Shown in pieces: positions 9,287-21,954 of a stretch of 64,000 nucleotides of DNA. Positions within the stretch are counted from its first letter, which is position 1, and each line of letters opens with the position of its first letter. The stretch spans positions 200,013 through 264,012 of the forward strand of contig JBLYPX010000001.1 of assembly GCA_048538235.1 (NCBI GenBank), written 5' to 3'. The translations under genes were made by a program, and so were the position numbers. The DNA comes from Candidatus Komeilibacteria bacterium (GTDB lineage: Bacteria; Patescibacteriota; Patescibacteriia; UBA1558). The notes below the pieces were generated by a model. It made no database searches. It was given only the letters and a program-made list of their open reading frames with translations, and had not been told where the DNA came from.

Positions 9287-11713
9287 ATGTATATATCTTT
9301 AAATTGGTTAAAACAATACGTAGATGTTCCAGCTAGTCTGGACCCTAAAGAGCTTGGTCTTAAAATGACCATGGCTACTGTTGAAGTTGAAGAAGTAAAA
9401 GCTTTGGGAGCAGATTATGACAAGATAGTAGTTGGACAAGTAAAAGAAATAGTTAAGCATCCTGATGCAGATAAATTACAAGTTTGTCAGGTAGATATTG
9501 GGGCTAAAGAAAGAGCTACTATTGTTTGCGGTGGTATTAACTTAGAAAAGGATATGTATTGTGTAGTGGCTTTGCCAGGAGCAAAAGTAAGATGGCATGG
9601 TCAAGGAGATTTAGTAGAGCTAGCAGAAACAAAGATTAGGGGTGTTAAATCTTTTGGTATGATATGTGCAGCTGAAGAAGTAGGACTTGATCATATTTTT
9701 ACTCAGAAAGAAGAAGCGGAGATTATTAACTTAGGTAAAGGAGATTTTAAAGCAGGGGACAATATTGCTAGTGCATTACATATTGATGATGTTATTTATG
9801 ATATAGACAACAAGTCATTAACTCATAGACCAGATCTATGGTCACATTTTGGTATGGGTAGAGAAGTGGCTGCTATTTTAAGAAAACCATTAAAGATGCC
9901 AGATATATATGAGATAAAAGAAGGCAGTGGTAGTAAATTAAAAGTAGAAGTTAAAGATCATGAACTTTGTCCTCGCTACCAAGCAGTGGTAATGTCTGGT
10001 GTAAAGATAGATGAGTCTCCTGAATGGTTAAAGAATCATTTACAGTCTATTGGTGTTAAATCTATTAACAATATTGTAGATATTACTAATTATGTTCTAT
10101 TTGACTTAGGTCAACCATTGCATGCTTTTGATGCTAATACTATAGATAATAAGATAATTGTAAGAAGAGCAAATAAAGGGGAGAAGATTATTACTCTAGA
10201 TAAAGAAGAGTATGAATTAAATGAAGAAAATTTAGTAATAGCAGATAGTAAAAAAGCAATAGCTGTTGCTGGTGTTATGGGTGGAGCTAATTCAGAGATA
10301 AACGATAATACAGATACAATTGTTATTGAGTCAGCTAATTTTCATCCAGCTAATGTAAGAAGAACAGCTATGCAATTGGGTATGCGTACAGAAGCATCAA
10401 TGAGATTTGAAAAGAGTTTAGATCCAGAGCTTACAGCACTTGCTCTTGCAAAAGCTGCTCAACTTGTTAAAGAATTATGTCCTGACGCTAAAGTAATTTC
10501 TAAAGTAATAGATATAGATAAGTCTAAAAAGGATGGGGTGATTATTAAACTTACTTACCCTTGGTTAATTAAACGTATTGGTACAGACATACCATTAAAA
10601 CAGGTTGTAGAGATTTTAGAAGCTTTACAGTTTAGAGTTAAAGTAAAAGATGGGGATATTACTGTAACTGTGCCAAGTTGGAGAGCTACTAAAGATATTA
10701 GTATTCCTGAAGATATTGTAGAAGAAGTAGCTAGAATATATGGTTATGATCAAATACCAGATGAATTACCAAGAATACAATTAGCTCAAACAGATATTCA
10801 ACCAATTAAAAAAGCAGAACGAAAAGCTAAGACTATACTGTCTGAACATTTTGATTTAAATGAAGTATATAATTATTCATGGCAATCTGAGGAATATCTA
10901 AAAGCTATTAATTTAGATGTTAAAGATTGTATTAGTTTAAAAAACTATCTATCTCCAGAACAACAATATTTAAGAATTAGTTTAATACCAAATTTGTTAA
11001 AGAATGTTGTAGATAATTTGCGCTGGTTTGATGAAATAAATATTTTTGAATTAGGTAGAATTTTTACAAAGCAGTCTGGTAAAAAACCTGTAGATAATGA
11101 TTCAGATAAAATGCTTCCTTACCAACCAAAAATTTTAAGTTGGTTAAGATATAATAAAGAGGATCTATTCTATAATGTTAAAGGTGAGATTGAATATCTA
11201 TTAGATAAGCTAGCCATTAGTTATAAATGGGAAAAAATAACTAAGCATGAATATTATGATGTAAATAGAACCTTAGCACTATATGCTCAAGATGAGCTAT
11301 TAGGTTATTGTGGTGTTTTAAAGAATCAAGTATTAAAGAATCTAAAATTAAAGAATAATATTACAGTTGCTGAAATTAATTTTAGCGAAGCTATTAAATA
11401 TATAGCTGATGCTAAGAAATATATTCCACTTGCTAAATATCCAGTTGTTACAAAAGATTTCTCAGTAATTTTGAAAGAAGATGTAGATTGGCAGTTACTT
11501 GTTAAAGATATTTTAAGTTTAGATGATGAAATTAAATCTGTAGATTTATTCGATAAGTATCATAATAAAAAGACAGGGGAGTTTTCTGTAGCATTTCATG
11601 TTAGAATATATAGTGATAATAAAACATTAACTACTAAAGAAATTGAAGGCTTTACTTCAAAGATAATGAATCTTTTAGAAAAAAAATATAAATTAACTAT
11701 TAAAAAACAATAA
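9287..11713 (+). CDS. pheT: phenylalanine--tRNA ligase beta subunit
   Basis: HPDADKL, RPDLWSHFGMGREVAA, INNIVDITNY, RFEK, EEVARIYGY; follows pheS. Confidence 0.98.
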   Translation: MYISLNWLKQYVDVPASLDPKELGLKMTMATVEVEEVKALGADYDKIVVGQVKEIVKHPDADKLQVCQVDIGAKERATIVCGGINLEKDMYCVVALPGAKVRWHGQGDLVELAETKIRGVKSFGMICAAEEVGLDHIFTQKEEAEIINLGKGDFKAGDNIASALHIDDVIYDIDNKSLTHRPDLWSHFGMGREVAAILRKPLKMPDIYEIKEGSGSKLKVEVKDHELCPRYQAVVMSGVKIDESPEWLKNHLQSIGVKSINNIVDITNYVLFDLGQPLHAFDANTIDNKIIVRRANKGEKIITLDKEEYELNEENLVIADSKKAIAVAGVMGGANSEINDNTDTIVIESANFHPANVRRTAMQLGMRTEASMRFEKSLDPELTALALAKAAQLVKELCPDAKVISKVIDIDKSKKDGVIIKLTYPWLIKRIGTDIPLKQVVEILEALQFRVKVKDGDITVTVPSWRATKDISIPEDIVEEVARIYGYDQIPDELPRIQLAQTDIQPIKKAERKAKTILSEHFDLNEVYNYSWQSEEYLKAINLDVKDCISLKNYLSPEQQYLRISLIPNLLKNVVDNLRWFDEINIFELGRIFTKQSGKKPVDNDSDKMLPYQPKILSWLRYNKEDLFYNVKGEIEYLLDKLAISYKWEKITKHEYYDVNRTLALYAQDELLGYCGVLKNQVLKNLKLKNNITVAEINFSEAIKYIADAKKYIPLAKYPVVTKDFSVILKEDVDWQLLVKDILSLDDEIKSVDLFDKYHNKKTGEFSVAFHVRIYSDNKTLTTKEIEGFTSKIMNLLEKKYKLTIKKQ

Positions 11714-11714
11714 T

Positions 11715-12212
11715 ATGAAAGAGATCGTCAAAATTGATGCTGTCTCTCTAGCCAAAGTAATTGGATTAATAACTGGGGGGATATATTTGTTAATTGGTAT
11801 CATTATTAATCTGATTGTATTAATATTTGGACTTGGGTCTATTACCGGCCTAGACTTTTTAGGTTTTGGTTCAGGACTTATTGCTACTGTTTTGGTTAGT
11901 ATTATTATTGGTTTCTTATCCTTTGTAATTGGTTTGCTGGCTGGGTTTGTATACAATTTTGTAGCTAATTATTTCGGTGGTGTGATTGTACTATTTGAAG
12001 ATAGATCTATAGTAGAGGAAAGATTAAGAGAAGCAAGGGCTGCTAAAGATGCTTTAAAGGCAGAGAAGAAACGTTTACAGTCTGAAAAGAGAAGAATAGA
12101 GCTTGAGGAAAAGAAAAAGAAGCAGGAAAAAAAGCTTGCAAAAGAAAAGGAAAATATGGTTAAAAAAGAGGAAGAGAAAAAGGAAGATAATATGAATATT
12201 CCTACGCCTTAA
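11715..12212 (+). CDS. membrane protein (DUF3566-like N-terminus) with charged coiled-coil tail
   Basis: KIDAVSLAKV..two TMs..YNFVANYFGGV; E/K-rich C-terminus. Confidence 0.65.
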   Translation: MKEIVKIDAVSLAKVIGLITGGIYLLIGIIINLIVLIFGLGSITGLDFLGFGSGLIATVLVSIIIGFLSFVIGLLAGFVYNFVANYFGGVIVLFEDRSIVEERLREARAAKDALKAEKKRLQSEKRRIELEEKKKKQEKKLAKEKENMVKKEEEKKEDNMNIPTP

Positions 12213-12369
12213 AAACATTCAATTTTTACTCTAAAATAGCCCCCTTTTTACACACAAAAGGGGGTTGTTTTTTACCCTAAAACATGCTATTATATACGTA
12301 TAGAAATACAGTATTTCTTGAAGAAATGAATAATAGTAATTATTATTTTTTTTGCATTAAATTATATAA

Positions 12370-14439
<2,070 letters not shown>

Positions 14440-14449
14440 TTTTCAGATA

Positions 14450-14482
14450 AAAAAAGAGGTGCTTAGATAAGCACCTCTTTTT
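14450..14482. terminator. bidirectional intrinsic terminator between gyrB and convergent glycosyltransferase operon
   Basis: aaaaagaggtgctt-agat-aagcacctcttttt. Confidence 0.85.
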
Positions 14483-14490
14483 ATTTAGTC

Positions 14491-16170
14491 TTATTTTAAT
14501 TTTTCAAGAAGTGAGGGGCTAGGTGTTCCGCCAAGTTCAATCATTTTATCTATATACTCTTTAGCCTTATCTAACTTGTCATTATTAACATAGTGAGCAG
14601 CTAAATATTCATAGGCTGCAAAATAATATGGATCAATAGAAATAGTTTTATTCCACTCTTCAAGTGCTTTATCTATATTATCTGTATTGTAAAGAAGTAA
14701 GCCTAAATTGAAATGAGTATTAGGATAAAGTGGATTAATTTTTAATTCCTTATTATATGCATTGTATGCCTTTTCGTATTCACCTTTGCCAGCATAAATT
14801 AAACCTAAGTTATTTTGTACTAATTTTTCTTTGGGATTTATTTTAGAAGCCTTTAACCATTCTTGTTCCGCTAAACTATATTTTTTATTTAAATAATACA
14901 TAGCACCAAGGTTGTTGTGATTAAAAGCAGAAGATGGTGAATATTCTACAGCATTATGCCAAAAACTTATCTCATCTGTGTAAACTTTAGCATGAGTAAT
15001 AGTTTTAGTAGTAAATATACATAGTAGTAATATGACCAATCCTATGGAAATATTTTTATACACTCTTCTATTCAAAGGTATATTTATTTGTGAAAGTATT
15101 ATTAATAATCCAAATAATGCTAAGTAAACTCTATGCTCTGCAAACTCTACTATTTGTGCCTGGTTGGCAACTGTTTTTATTAATGAAGGGGCAAGTGTTC
15201 CTAAAAACCATAAAGTACCAAAGATTATATATTTCCAGTCAACCTTTTTACTAAAGTATATTAAGGTAGATATTATACAAAAAACTATAATGCCATATAT
15301 TATTGGTAGATCAGGTAATACAGGAAAGACAGATAGATTGTGAACAAATAATATTTTACCTAAATAGGTGAAGATGGCAGGGGAGTTTAACCACATGCTA
15401 TGGATAATATTATATTCAGCAGCTAGGGGGTTACCTATAATAGCGGCGTGAAGTATTAACCAACCAATAGTTATAGCTACTAATACACAAGCGTTTATTA
15501 TACTAAACTTTGAAAATATTTTTTCTTTATGTATTAAATACGTATAGATTAATATTAGTATTGGGAAAGCAAGAGCTGTTTCCTTTGTTAAAAGACTAAG
15601 AATAAAAAAGAATATATACAATATATACTGCCAAACCTTCTTAGATTTAAGATAATTTAAAAAGAATAGAAAACCCGCTAAAAAGAAAACTGTTAGTAAA
15701 GGATCATTTCTACCCGGTATCCAAGCAACTGCATGTTCATTAATTGGATGAATAACAAAGAATAGACTAAGTAACCAAGCTAGTTCTTTTTTTATTTTTA
15801 GTTTTATTAAAAGCAAATATATTAAAATAGCTGAGATAATATGTAGAACTATATTTGTAATGTGGAATGATTTAATATTTTTTCCATCACTAAATTGTGC
15901 ATCTATTACAAAACTTGTAGTTAAGATTGGTCTATAATATGTTTCATTATTTCCAGAATAGGGAAATACACCTTCTTTAAAACTATGTTTAATGTGCGAA
16001 AGGTTTTGTATTTTGTAGAAATTATCTTTTATTAATGCATTATCATCTAAGTAGTGATAACTATCATTAATTGTTGGTATATACAAAACAAAGCCTATTA
16101 CAGCTAATAATAGAATTGGTTTCCACCAGGAATTAAAAAATTTGATACTAATTTGTTTTAATTTATTCAT
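14491..16170 (-). CDS. TMTC-like GT-C glycosyltransferase with C-terminal TPR repeats
   Basis: N-terminal YLDD acidic motif, YYRP, HP..VAWIPGRND, LLTKE, AEHRVYL; TPR repeats (HNNLG, QNNLG, HFNLG). Confidence 0.8.
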   Translation of the reverse strand: MNKLKQISIKFFNSWWKPILLLAVIGFVLYIPTINDSYHYLDDNALIKDNFYKIQNLSHIKHSFKEGVFPYSGNNETYYRPILTTSFVIDAQFSDGKNIKSFHITNIVLHIISAILIYLLLIKLKIKKELAWLLSLFFVIHPINEHAVAWIPGRNDPLLTVFFLAGFLFFLNYLKSKKVWQYILYIFFFILSLLTKETALAFPILILIYTYLIHKEKIFSKFSIINACVLVAITIGWLILHAAIIGNPLAAEYNIIHSMWLNSPAIFTYLGKILFVHNLSVFPVLPDLPIIYGIIVFCIISTLIYFSKKVDWKYIIFGTLWFLGTLAPSLIKTVANQAQIVEFAEHRVYLALFGLLIILSQINIPLNRRVYKNISIGLVILLLCIFTTKTITHAKVYTDEISFWHNAVEYSPSSAFNHNNLGAMYYLNKKYSLAEQEWLKASKINPKEKLVQNNLGLIYAGKGEYEKAYNAYNKELKINPLYPNTHFNLGLLLYNTDNIDKALEEWNKTISIDPYYFAAYEYLAAHYVNNDKLDKAKEYIDKMIELGGTPSPSLLEKLK

Positions 16171-17747
16171 TATTTTTTCTTATACATCAATAAACTGGAT
16201 GCATTAAATTCTTCCTGAGTATTTATTGGTTCTTGCCAATTACCTATATTATTATCCCACACATATCCACCAATTAAAATATAGTCATTGTTAATAATAT
16301 TATTTATGTAGTCTAAGAATATATACGGACTACCCTCTTCCCAAAGGCTGCTAGTTTGTAATCTAGAAATTACAATTACTTCTGGCGAGTCATTTTTTAA
16401 ATTTTCAACAGTTAATGTCTGATAATTTTCTCTAGATGGCGTTTCAATATTTAATGGATAGGTAATAATAAACCTGGAAGAACTTAATCTTTTGCTGTAA
16501 TAGTATATTTGAGGTTCAGAACCAGCTATAAATATTTTATCTTCAGGACCGGTTATTTCTTTAATTTTATTTGCTACCGTTTGTGATTCTGCAAAAGGTG
16601 AGCTGTATCCATAAACCCATACATTTAATTCTTGTGGAGATAGGAAGTATTGTTTTTGAATGGGTAGTATCATTGAAATAATAATGATGCTACTAGATAA
16701 GAATATAATAACTCTTTGCCAATCGGCGGAATATTTATTTATTTTAATTTTATCTAATAAAGATTTTATTGAAGTGATGGATATTATTATCCAGAAAGGC
16801 ATAATTAATAAATAGTAGTGCCTAATAGGGGAGGTAAATATAGTTAAAAGAGAAATTAGTAATAAAGATAAATAAAACCACCACTGTTTTGGTCTTTTAA
16901 TTAAATACCAAATAAATAATATGAATAAGGCTGGCCAGATAGACCAGAGTATTTTTATATTACTTATTAATGCACTGGGAATGTATTTTTTCATGTGTTG
17001 AGCATACTGCGCATTATAATGAACAATAGATTCCCACATAAAAGTACAAACACTTTTAATTAGAAAAGGAATTAATATTATAAACGTTGCAGATAAACTA
17101 CCAATAAGTATTAATAAAATATTAAACAGCGTTTGTTTTAAATCTTTACTCCTGTTCCAGTTTTGATACAGCCATACTAAAAATATAAAAATAAGAACAA
17201 ATAAAACAATCGGTTTATATAATAGTGCAATAGCTGAGTAAGCACCGGCTAATACCCATGGCCATTTTTTATTATTATCTTTATTATAAACGTAAAGTGC
17301 TAAAACAGTAACTAGTGGTAAAAGCATAAACCTTTCTGTGTTCGCGGCTAATAATGACAGATGTGGTAGTGACATCATTAAAGTGGCTAGCCAAGCAGCA
17401 AGTAAGGCCATTTTATTACCAAGTTCTTTTTTTACAATTAAACTAATAATAAATATTGTTAATATTGTAAAAACAAAAGCTATTGCTCTGGCTGGCCACA
17501 GAGCATCAGGGTTGATTTTGTATGCCAACCAGTATGTATAAATAATCATTGGTGGCTTTTGCAGAAAAGAGTTTTCGTATGGTGTAATATTTTGATCAAG
17601 TAGCCAAGCTGAATATGCATATTCACCCTCATCTCTTTCAAAAGGTGTATTAAAACTATTCCAATAGGTAAGTGTTACAAAAAGACACAACCCAATAATA
17701 GAGAGTAGTGTCCAAACAGAAATAGTATGTTTAATTTTTAAATTCAT
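16170..17747 (-). CDS. ArnT/PMT-like GT-C membrane glycosyltransferase
   Basis: ERDEGEYAY, QKPP, many TMs, HYYL; coupled to neighbours. Confidence 0.8.
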   Translation of the reverse strand: MNLKIKHTISVWTLLSIIGLCLFVTLTYWNSFNTPFERDEGEYAYSAWLLDQNITPYENSFLQKPPMIIYTYWLAYKINPDALWPARAIAFVFTILTIFIISLIVKKELGNKMALLAAWLATLMMSLPHLSLLAANTERFMLLPLVTVLALYVYNKDNNKKWPWVLAGAYSAIALLYKPIVLFVLIFIFLVWLYQNWNRSKDLKQTLFNILLILIGSLSATFIILIPFLIKSVCTFMWESIVHYNAQYAQHMKKYIPSALISNIKILWSIWPALFILFIWYLIKRPKQWWFYLSLLLISLLTIFTSPIRHYYLLIMPFWIIISITSIKSLLDKIKINKYSADWQRVIIFLSSSIIIISMILPIQKQYFLSPQELNVWVYGYSSPFAESQTVANKIKEITGPEDKIFIAGSEPQIYYYSKRLSSSRFIITYPLNIETPSRENYQTLTVENLKNDSPEVIVISRLQTSSLWEEGSPYIFLDYINNIINNDYILIGGYVWDNNIGNWQEPINTQEEFNASSLLMYKKK

Positions 17748-18448
17748 TATTTTTTAAAAATAAACTTTAACATTTCACCTAGAGTTTGTAACCCATACTT
17801 TATACTACGTTTAACATTAATACTGGAGGCTTCTGCAAAATATCTAACTGGTACGGGTATGTCTCCAATTTTGAAATCCTTTTTAACAATATTAAATAAC
17901 ATCTGGCTATCAAAAACAAAATCATCAGATAGTTTCATGTAATCTATTTTCTCCAACACTTCTTTGCTGTATGCTCTCATACCAGTATGCCATTCAGAAA
18001 GGTTTTGACCAGTTACAATATTTTCCAACAAAGATAAACTTCTGTTAAAGAAATATTTATATTTAGGCATACCACCAGCTAATGCTTCTTTCCTAGAGCG
18101 TATTCTTGAGCCAAGCATGACATCAAAATAACCATCGCGGATAAATTCAACAAAGTATTTAATTAATTTAGGGTCATACTGGTAGTCTGGGTGAAGCATA
18201 ACAATAATATCTGCATTATGCTTAAGAGCAATATTGTAGCAGGTCTTTTGATTAGCTCCGTATCCTTTATTGGCATTATGCTTTTCAATAATAAGACCCA
18301 ACTCTTCAGCAATTTGAATAGTTTCATCATTACTATAATCATCTACGAGAATAATTTCATCCACATATTCAGAAGGGATGTCTTTAATTGTCTTAGCTAA
18401 TGTTTTAGCTGCATTATATGCAGGTAGAACCACTATTGTTTTAGGCAT
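17747..18448 (-). CDS. GT2 glycosyltransferase (polyprenol-phosphate sugar synthase-like)
   Basis: VLPAYNA, LVDDYS, NKGYG, HPDYQY, GSR motifs. Confidence 0.9.
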   Translation of the reverse strand: MPKTIVVLPAYNAAKTLAKTIKDIPSEYVDEIILVDDYSNDETIQIAEELGLIIEKHNANKGYGANQKTCYNIALKHNADIIVMLHPDYQYDPKLIKYFVEFIRDGYFDVMLGSRIRSRKEALAGGMPKYKYFFNRSLSLLENIVTGQNLSEWHTGMRAYSKEVLEKIDYMKLSDDFVFDSQMLFNIVKKDFKIGDIPVPVRYFAEASSINVKRSIKYGLQTLGEMLKFIFKK

Positions 18449-18610
18449 AAGCGTAATATTTATGACATAATTTTAGCACATAATACCAACTTAGTCTTTT
18501 GTTTGTGGAAAACTTTATGCCCTTGATTTATTTTTAAATATATTGTATTATCTCATCAGATGGCCCTAGAGGCTGTTTTTAAAACCTTAAATTTCTAAAT
18601 AATAAGAAAA

Positions 18611-18790
18611 ATGGGTAATTTTATACAATATTTGAAGGATAGTAAGGCTGAATTAAAGAAAGTTGCTTGGCCTACTAAAAAAGAGGTACTTAGACACTCT
18701 GCTGTTGTTATTGGCGTGTCTTTATTTGTAGCTATCTTTTTAGGACTAGTAGACTACCTATTGAATTTAGCAATTGGATTAATAATTTAA
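18611..18790 (+). CDS. secE: preprotein translocase subunit SecE (missing from ORF track, 59 aa)
   Basis: MGNFIQYLKDSKAELKKVAWPTKKE plus one TM; directly upstream of nusG. Confidence 0.95.
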   Translation: MGNFIQYLKDSKAELKKVAWPTKKEVLRHSAVVIGVSLFVAIFLGLVDYLLNLAIGLII

Positions 18791-18811
18791 TCATAATTTA
18801 TTTAAATAATT

Positions 18812-19357
18812 ATGCCAAAACAAACTTTACAACAAGGTCGTCGTTGGTATGTCTTACATACATATTCTGGTTATGAAGAGAATGTTCAAAGAAATTTGAA
18901 ACAGAGAATCGAATCTATGGATATGGAAGACAGAATTTTTGACGTCCTTATTCCAACAGAGACTAAGATTAAAATTAGAAACGGTAAAAGAAAAACAGTT
19001 AGAGAAAAGATTTTCCCTGGCTATGTTCTTGTTAATATGATCGTAACAGACGATTCATGGTACGTTGTACGTAATACACCAAATGTAACTGGTTTTGTCG
19101 GTTCTGGAACAACACCAACTCCAATCTCTGAAGAAGAGGTTAAATCTCTACAAAAGAGAATGGGAGTAGAAGAGCCTGTTTACAAGATAGATGTTTCCAA
19201 GGGTAGTCCTGTTAAGATTGTTGATGGCCCATTCAAAGATTATGAAGGTAAGGTGGCAGATATTGATGAAGCAAGGGGTAAAGTTAAGGTTCTTGTTTCA
19301 ATGTTTGGTCGTGAAACACCTGTCGAATTAGACTTTTTACAAATTAAGAAAATATAA
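18812..19357 (+). CDS. nusG: transcription termination/antitermination factor NusG
   Basis: WYVLHTYSGYE, FPGYVLV, VRNTPNVTGFVG, KOW ..FGRETPVEL. Confidence 0.98.
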   Translation: MPKQTLQQGRRWYVLHTYSGYEENVQRNLKQRIESMDMEDRIFDVLIPTETKIKIRNGKRKTVREKIFPGYVLVNMIVTDDSWYVVRNTPNVTGFVGSGTTPTPISEEEVKSLQKRMGVEEPVYKIDVSKGSPVKIVDGPFKDYEGKVADIDEARGKVKVLVSMFGRETPVELDFLQIKKI

Positions 19358-19436
19358 TAGTTTATGAGTTGTTGGGTTAAAAAATTCAACGCTTCTAGCT
19401 TATAAACAATTAACTATAAACTATTAATATAAATAT

Positions 19437-19862
19437 ATGGCAAAAGAAGTTAAAGCATTATTAAAATTACAAATTCCTGCTGGTAAAGCAAATCCAGCTC
19501 CTCCTGTAGGTCCAGCTCTTGGTCAGCACGGTGTGCCTATTCAAGACTTTTGTACTCGTTTTAATGATGCAACAAAAGATAAAGGCGGAGATATTATTCC
19601 AGTTGAAATTACAATTTATGAAGATCGTAGTTTTGACTTTAAATTAAAGACTCCACCGGCAGCTGAACTATTAAAGAAAGCAGCTGGTATTAAAAAAGGT
19701 TCTGGCTCACCATTAGCTGAAAAGATAGGTAAGATTTCTCAAGATAAAATTAGAGAGATTGCTGAGATTAAAATGCCTGACCTTAATGCGAATGACATTG
19801 AAGCAGCAATGAAGATTATTGAAGGTACTGCCCGTCAAATGGGTTTGATAGTAGAAAAATAA
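19437..19862 (+). CDS. rplK: 50S ribosomal protein L11
   Basis: [25 protein letters not shown]. Confidence 0.99.
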   Translation: MAKEVKALLKLQIPAGKANPAPPVGPALGQHGVPIQDFCTRFNDATKDKGGDIIPVEITIYEDRSFDFKLKTPPAAELLKKAAGIKKGSGSPLAEKIGKISQDKIREIAEIKMPDLNANDIEAAMKIIEGTARQMGLIVEK

Positions 19863-19883
19863 TTAATAATTAACTTCAAAACT

Positions 19884-20324
19884 ATGAAGGATAATTTTAT
19901 TAGAACAATTTATTTGTATTTGTTCGCACTAGTGGGATTAGCAGTACTTGTTATTGGTGTAGGACAATTAGTAGATCTAGGATTAAAAGTATTTGTATTT
20001 AAATATGCTGATGCTAATCAGTACCAGTATGATTACGGTAGACCAGTATCATTAGCATATGATATGGAATTATCTAAAGTAGAAAATTTGAGTGAGTGTG
20101 GAGCAGACTGTAATTTAACAGAGTCTCAGCTTGAACAAATAGATAATTGGCTTGTAGATTATAAGACATGGCAAGAGAATCAAAAAGATATGGAAAAGAT
20201 AGATTATCGTAGACAGTCTAGAGAAAGACAGGCAAGTCGTGCTATTTCTCTAATTTTAGTAGGCCTACCATTATATCTTTATCATTGGACTGTTATTAAA
20301 AGAGATAGAAAGCGTTTAGCTTAA
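19884..20324 (+). CDS. DUF5671-like membrane protein inserted between rplK and rplA
   Basis: IRTIYLYLFALVGL N-terminal TM and LPLYLYHW C-terminal TM. Confidence 0.65.
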   Translation: MKDNFIRTIYLYLFALVGLAVLVIGVGQLVDLGLKVFVFKYADANQYQYDYGRPVSLAYDMELSKVENLSECGADCNLTESQLEQIDNWLVDYKTWQENQKDMEKIDYRRQSRERQASRAISLILVGLPLYLYHWTVIKRDRKRLA

Positions 20325-20339
20325 AATATATTAATTAAA

Positions 20340-20369
20340 GTGGGACCCATATTTTGGGGTTTGAACCAC
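20340..20369 (+). promoter_or_regulatory. putative L1 autoregulatory leader hairpin
   Basis: GTGGGA...ACCAC stem with internal loop just upstream of rplA, like L1 operators of Gram-positive bacteria. Confidence 0.6.
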
Positions 20370-20385
20370 AGAAAGGGACAATTTT

Positions 20386-21060
20386 ATGTCAAAAAGATTA
20401 AAAGAAGCAAAAGAAAAAATAGATAAGGAAAAGAAATATCCTGTCGAAGAAGCTGTAGCACTTGTTAAAGAAACAAGTAAAGTTAAATTTGATGCTACTG
20501 TAGAAGTTCACGCTAACTTGAACATTGATCCAAAGAAATCTGATCAACAGATGCGTGCATCTTTAACATTACCTCATGGTACTGGTCAAACAAAGCGTAT
20601 TGCTGCTTTTGTTAGCCCAGATAAAGTTAAAGAAGCAGAAGCTGCTGGAGCAGTTGCAGCTGGTGGTGAAGATTTAATAAATGACATTAAGAAAACTGGT
20701 AAGACAGATTTTGATGTAGTTATTGCTACTCCAGACATGATGCCAAAATTAGCAGTAATTGCAAAAAATCTTGGGCAAAAAGGTTTAATGCCTAATCCAA
20801 AAGCTGGTACTATTACTCCAGACCCTGCTAAGGTAATTAAAGATCTTAATTCAGGAATGATTAGTTTTAAGAATGACACTAGTGGTAATTTACACATTGC
20901 AGTTGGTAAAGTTTCATTTGAGGATAAGGTTTTAGTAGATAACGTTAATGCTTTTACAGAAGAACTTAAAAAGAGTAAGCCAGAAGGTGTTAAAGGTTCT
21001 TTTATTAAGACCATACATTTAACTTCTTCAATGGGACCAAGTATTAAAATAGAATTTTAA
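20386..21060 (+). CDS. rplA: 50S ribosomal protein L1
   Basis: KFDATVE, LPHGTG, LGQKGLMPNPKAGT, SSMGP. Confidence 0.99.
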   Translation: MSKRLKEAKEKIDKEKKYPVEEAVALVKETSKVKFDATVEVHANLNIDPKKSDQQMRASLTLPHGTGQTKRIAAFVSPDKVKEAEAAGAVAAGGEDLINDIKKTGKTDFDVVIATPDMMPKLAVIAKNLGQKGLMPNPKAGTITPDPAKVIKDLNSGMISFKNDTSGNLHIAVGKVSFEDKVLVDNVNAFTEELKKSKPEGVKGSFIKTIHLTSSMGPSIKIEF

Positions 21061-21081
21061 GATATATACTGTTTAGAATAT

Positions 21082-21108
21082 AAAAAACCGCCTTATAGGC
21101 GGTTTTTT
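21082..21108 (+). terminator. intrinsic terminator after rplA
   Basis: aaaaaaccgcct-tat-aggcggtttttt. Confidence 0.85.
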
Positions 21109-21192
21109 GGTTATTATTTGCTTATATTTATTTTTTATGATTAACTAATGTAATATTTGAACATTGTAATATATTAATAAGGAGGATACGTT

Positions 21193-21381
21193 GTGCTTAA
21201 AAAGATCAATTTTCCCTCACAAGGCGAAAAACAAGAACAGTCGGGTTTTGATAATGATGTTCGTGAGCTTGCCAAAGCCACGGTAGATATAATCAGGGGC
21301 ATGAACCCGGGAAAGTTTATTCCTACTGGAGAGGAGTTAGCTAAAAAATTAGCCGAGAAAAAGGAGAATCAAGATGAGTGA
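21193..21381 (+). CDS. small hypothetical protein
   Basis: AAGGAGG SD then GTG; overlaps the start of the next ORF. Confidence 0.65.
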   Translation: MLKKINFPSQGEKQEQSGFDNDVRELAKATVDIIRGMNPGKFIPTGEELAKKLAEKKENQDE

Positions 21382-21805
21382 TAATGTAAGGGTGTTTAGT
21401 CAGTTTTCAAAAGAAGAAGCTGAAGCATTAAGACCTATGCCAGTATATTATGTGCAATTGACACATAATTTGGCTGGCAGGTTTCCTGCTGTGCGTGCAA
21501 GCAATAATGAGATGGTTGTTTGTACGGACAGGGCAGTGATTGAAAAAGTATGGCGAACATTGCGGGTTCGTGCTAGTGACGTAGAGACGGTACAAGCTTT
21601 GGTAGATCCTGAAAACAAATTTGCTTTTGAAGCTGGCAACATGAATGCTGAACAGTTTCCAATCATCAACAATGATGATTTTGACAGTATCATGGCGGAT
21701 GAAAATGATTCCTTTAAATGGGCTCCGGGGCTTTTATCTTTTAAAAAAGAACCCACCCCTGAAGAAATGGACAAGTACATTACGAAATCAATTGCTGATT
21801 TGTAG
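21374..21805 (+). CDS. hypothetical protein
   Basis: AGGAG SD; followed by ccagg..cctgg-T8 terminator. Confidence 0.7.
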   Translation: MSDNVRVFSQFSKEEAEALRPMPVYYVQLTHNLAGRFPAVRASNNEMVVCTDRAVIEKVWRTLRVRASDVETVQALVDPENKFAFEAGNMNAEQFPIINNDDFDSIMADENDSFKWAPGLLSFKKEPTPEEMDKYITKSIADL

Positions 21806-21888
21806 CGACAACTATCAATTATCAACAAAGACCAGGTGTTAAATTGCCTGGTTTTTTTTGTTGTAAAAATAAGGTATTTTAAGAATTC

Positions 21889-21897
21889 TTATCCACA
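21889..21897 (+). promoter_or_regulatory. perfect DnaA box upstream of dTTP operon
   Basis: TTATCCACA about 58 nt before the deaminase start. Confidence 0.45.
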
Positions 21898-21954
21898 TTT
21901 GGTCAGACCTGTATATATTTGGTAAAATGGTGAAAGAATATTAATTAAAATACT

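Noticed and set aside
21900-21930. NrdR box before the dTTP operon
   Set aside because: Only a weak AT-rich partial match and no tandem second box
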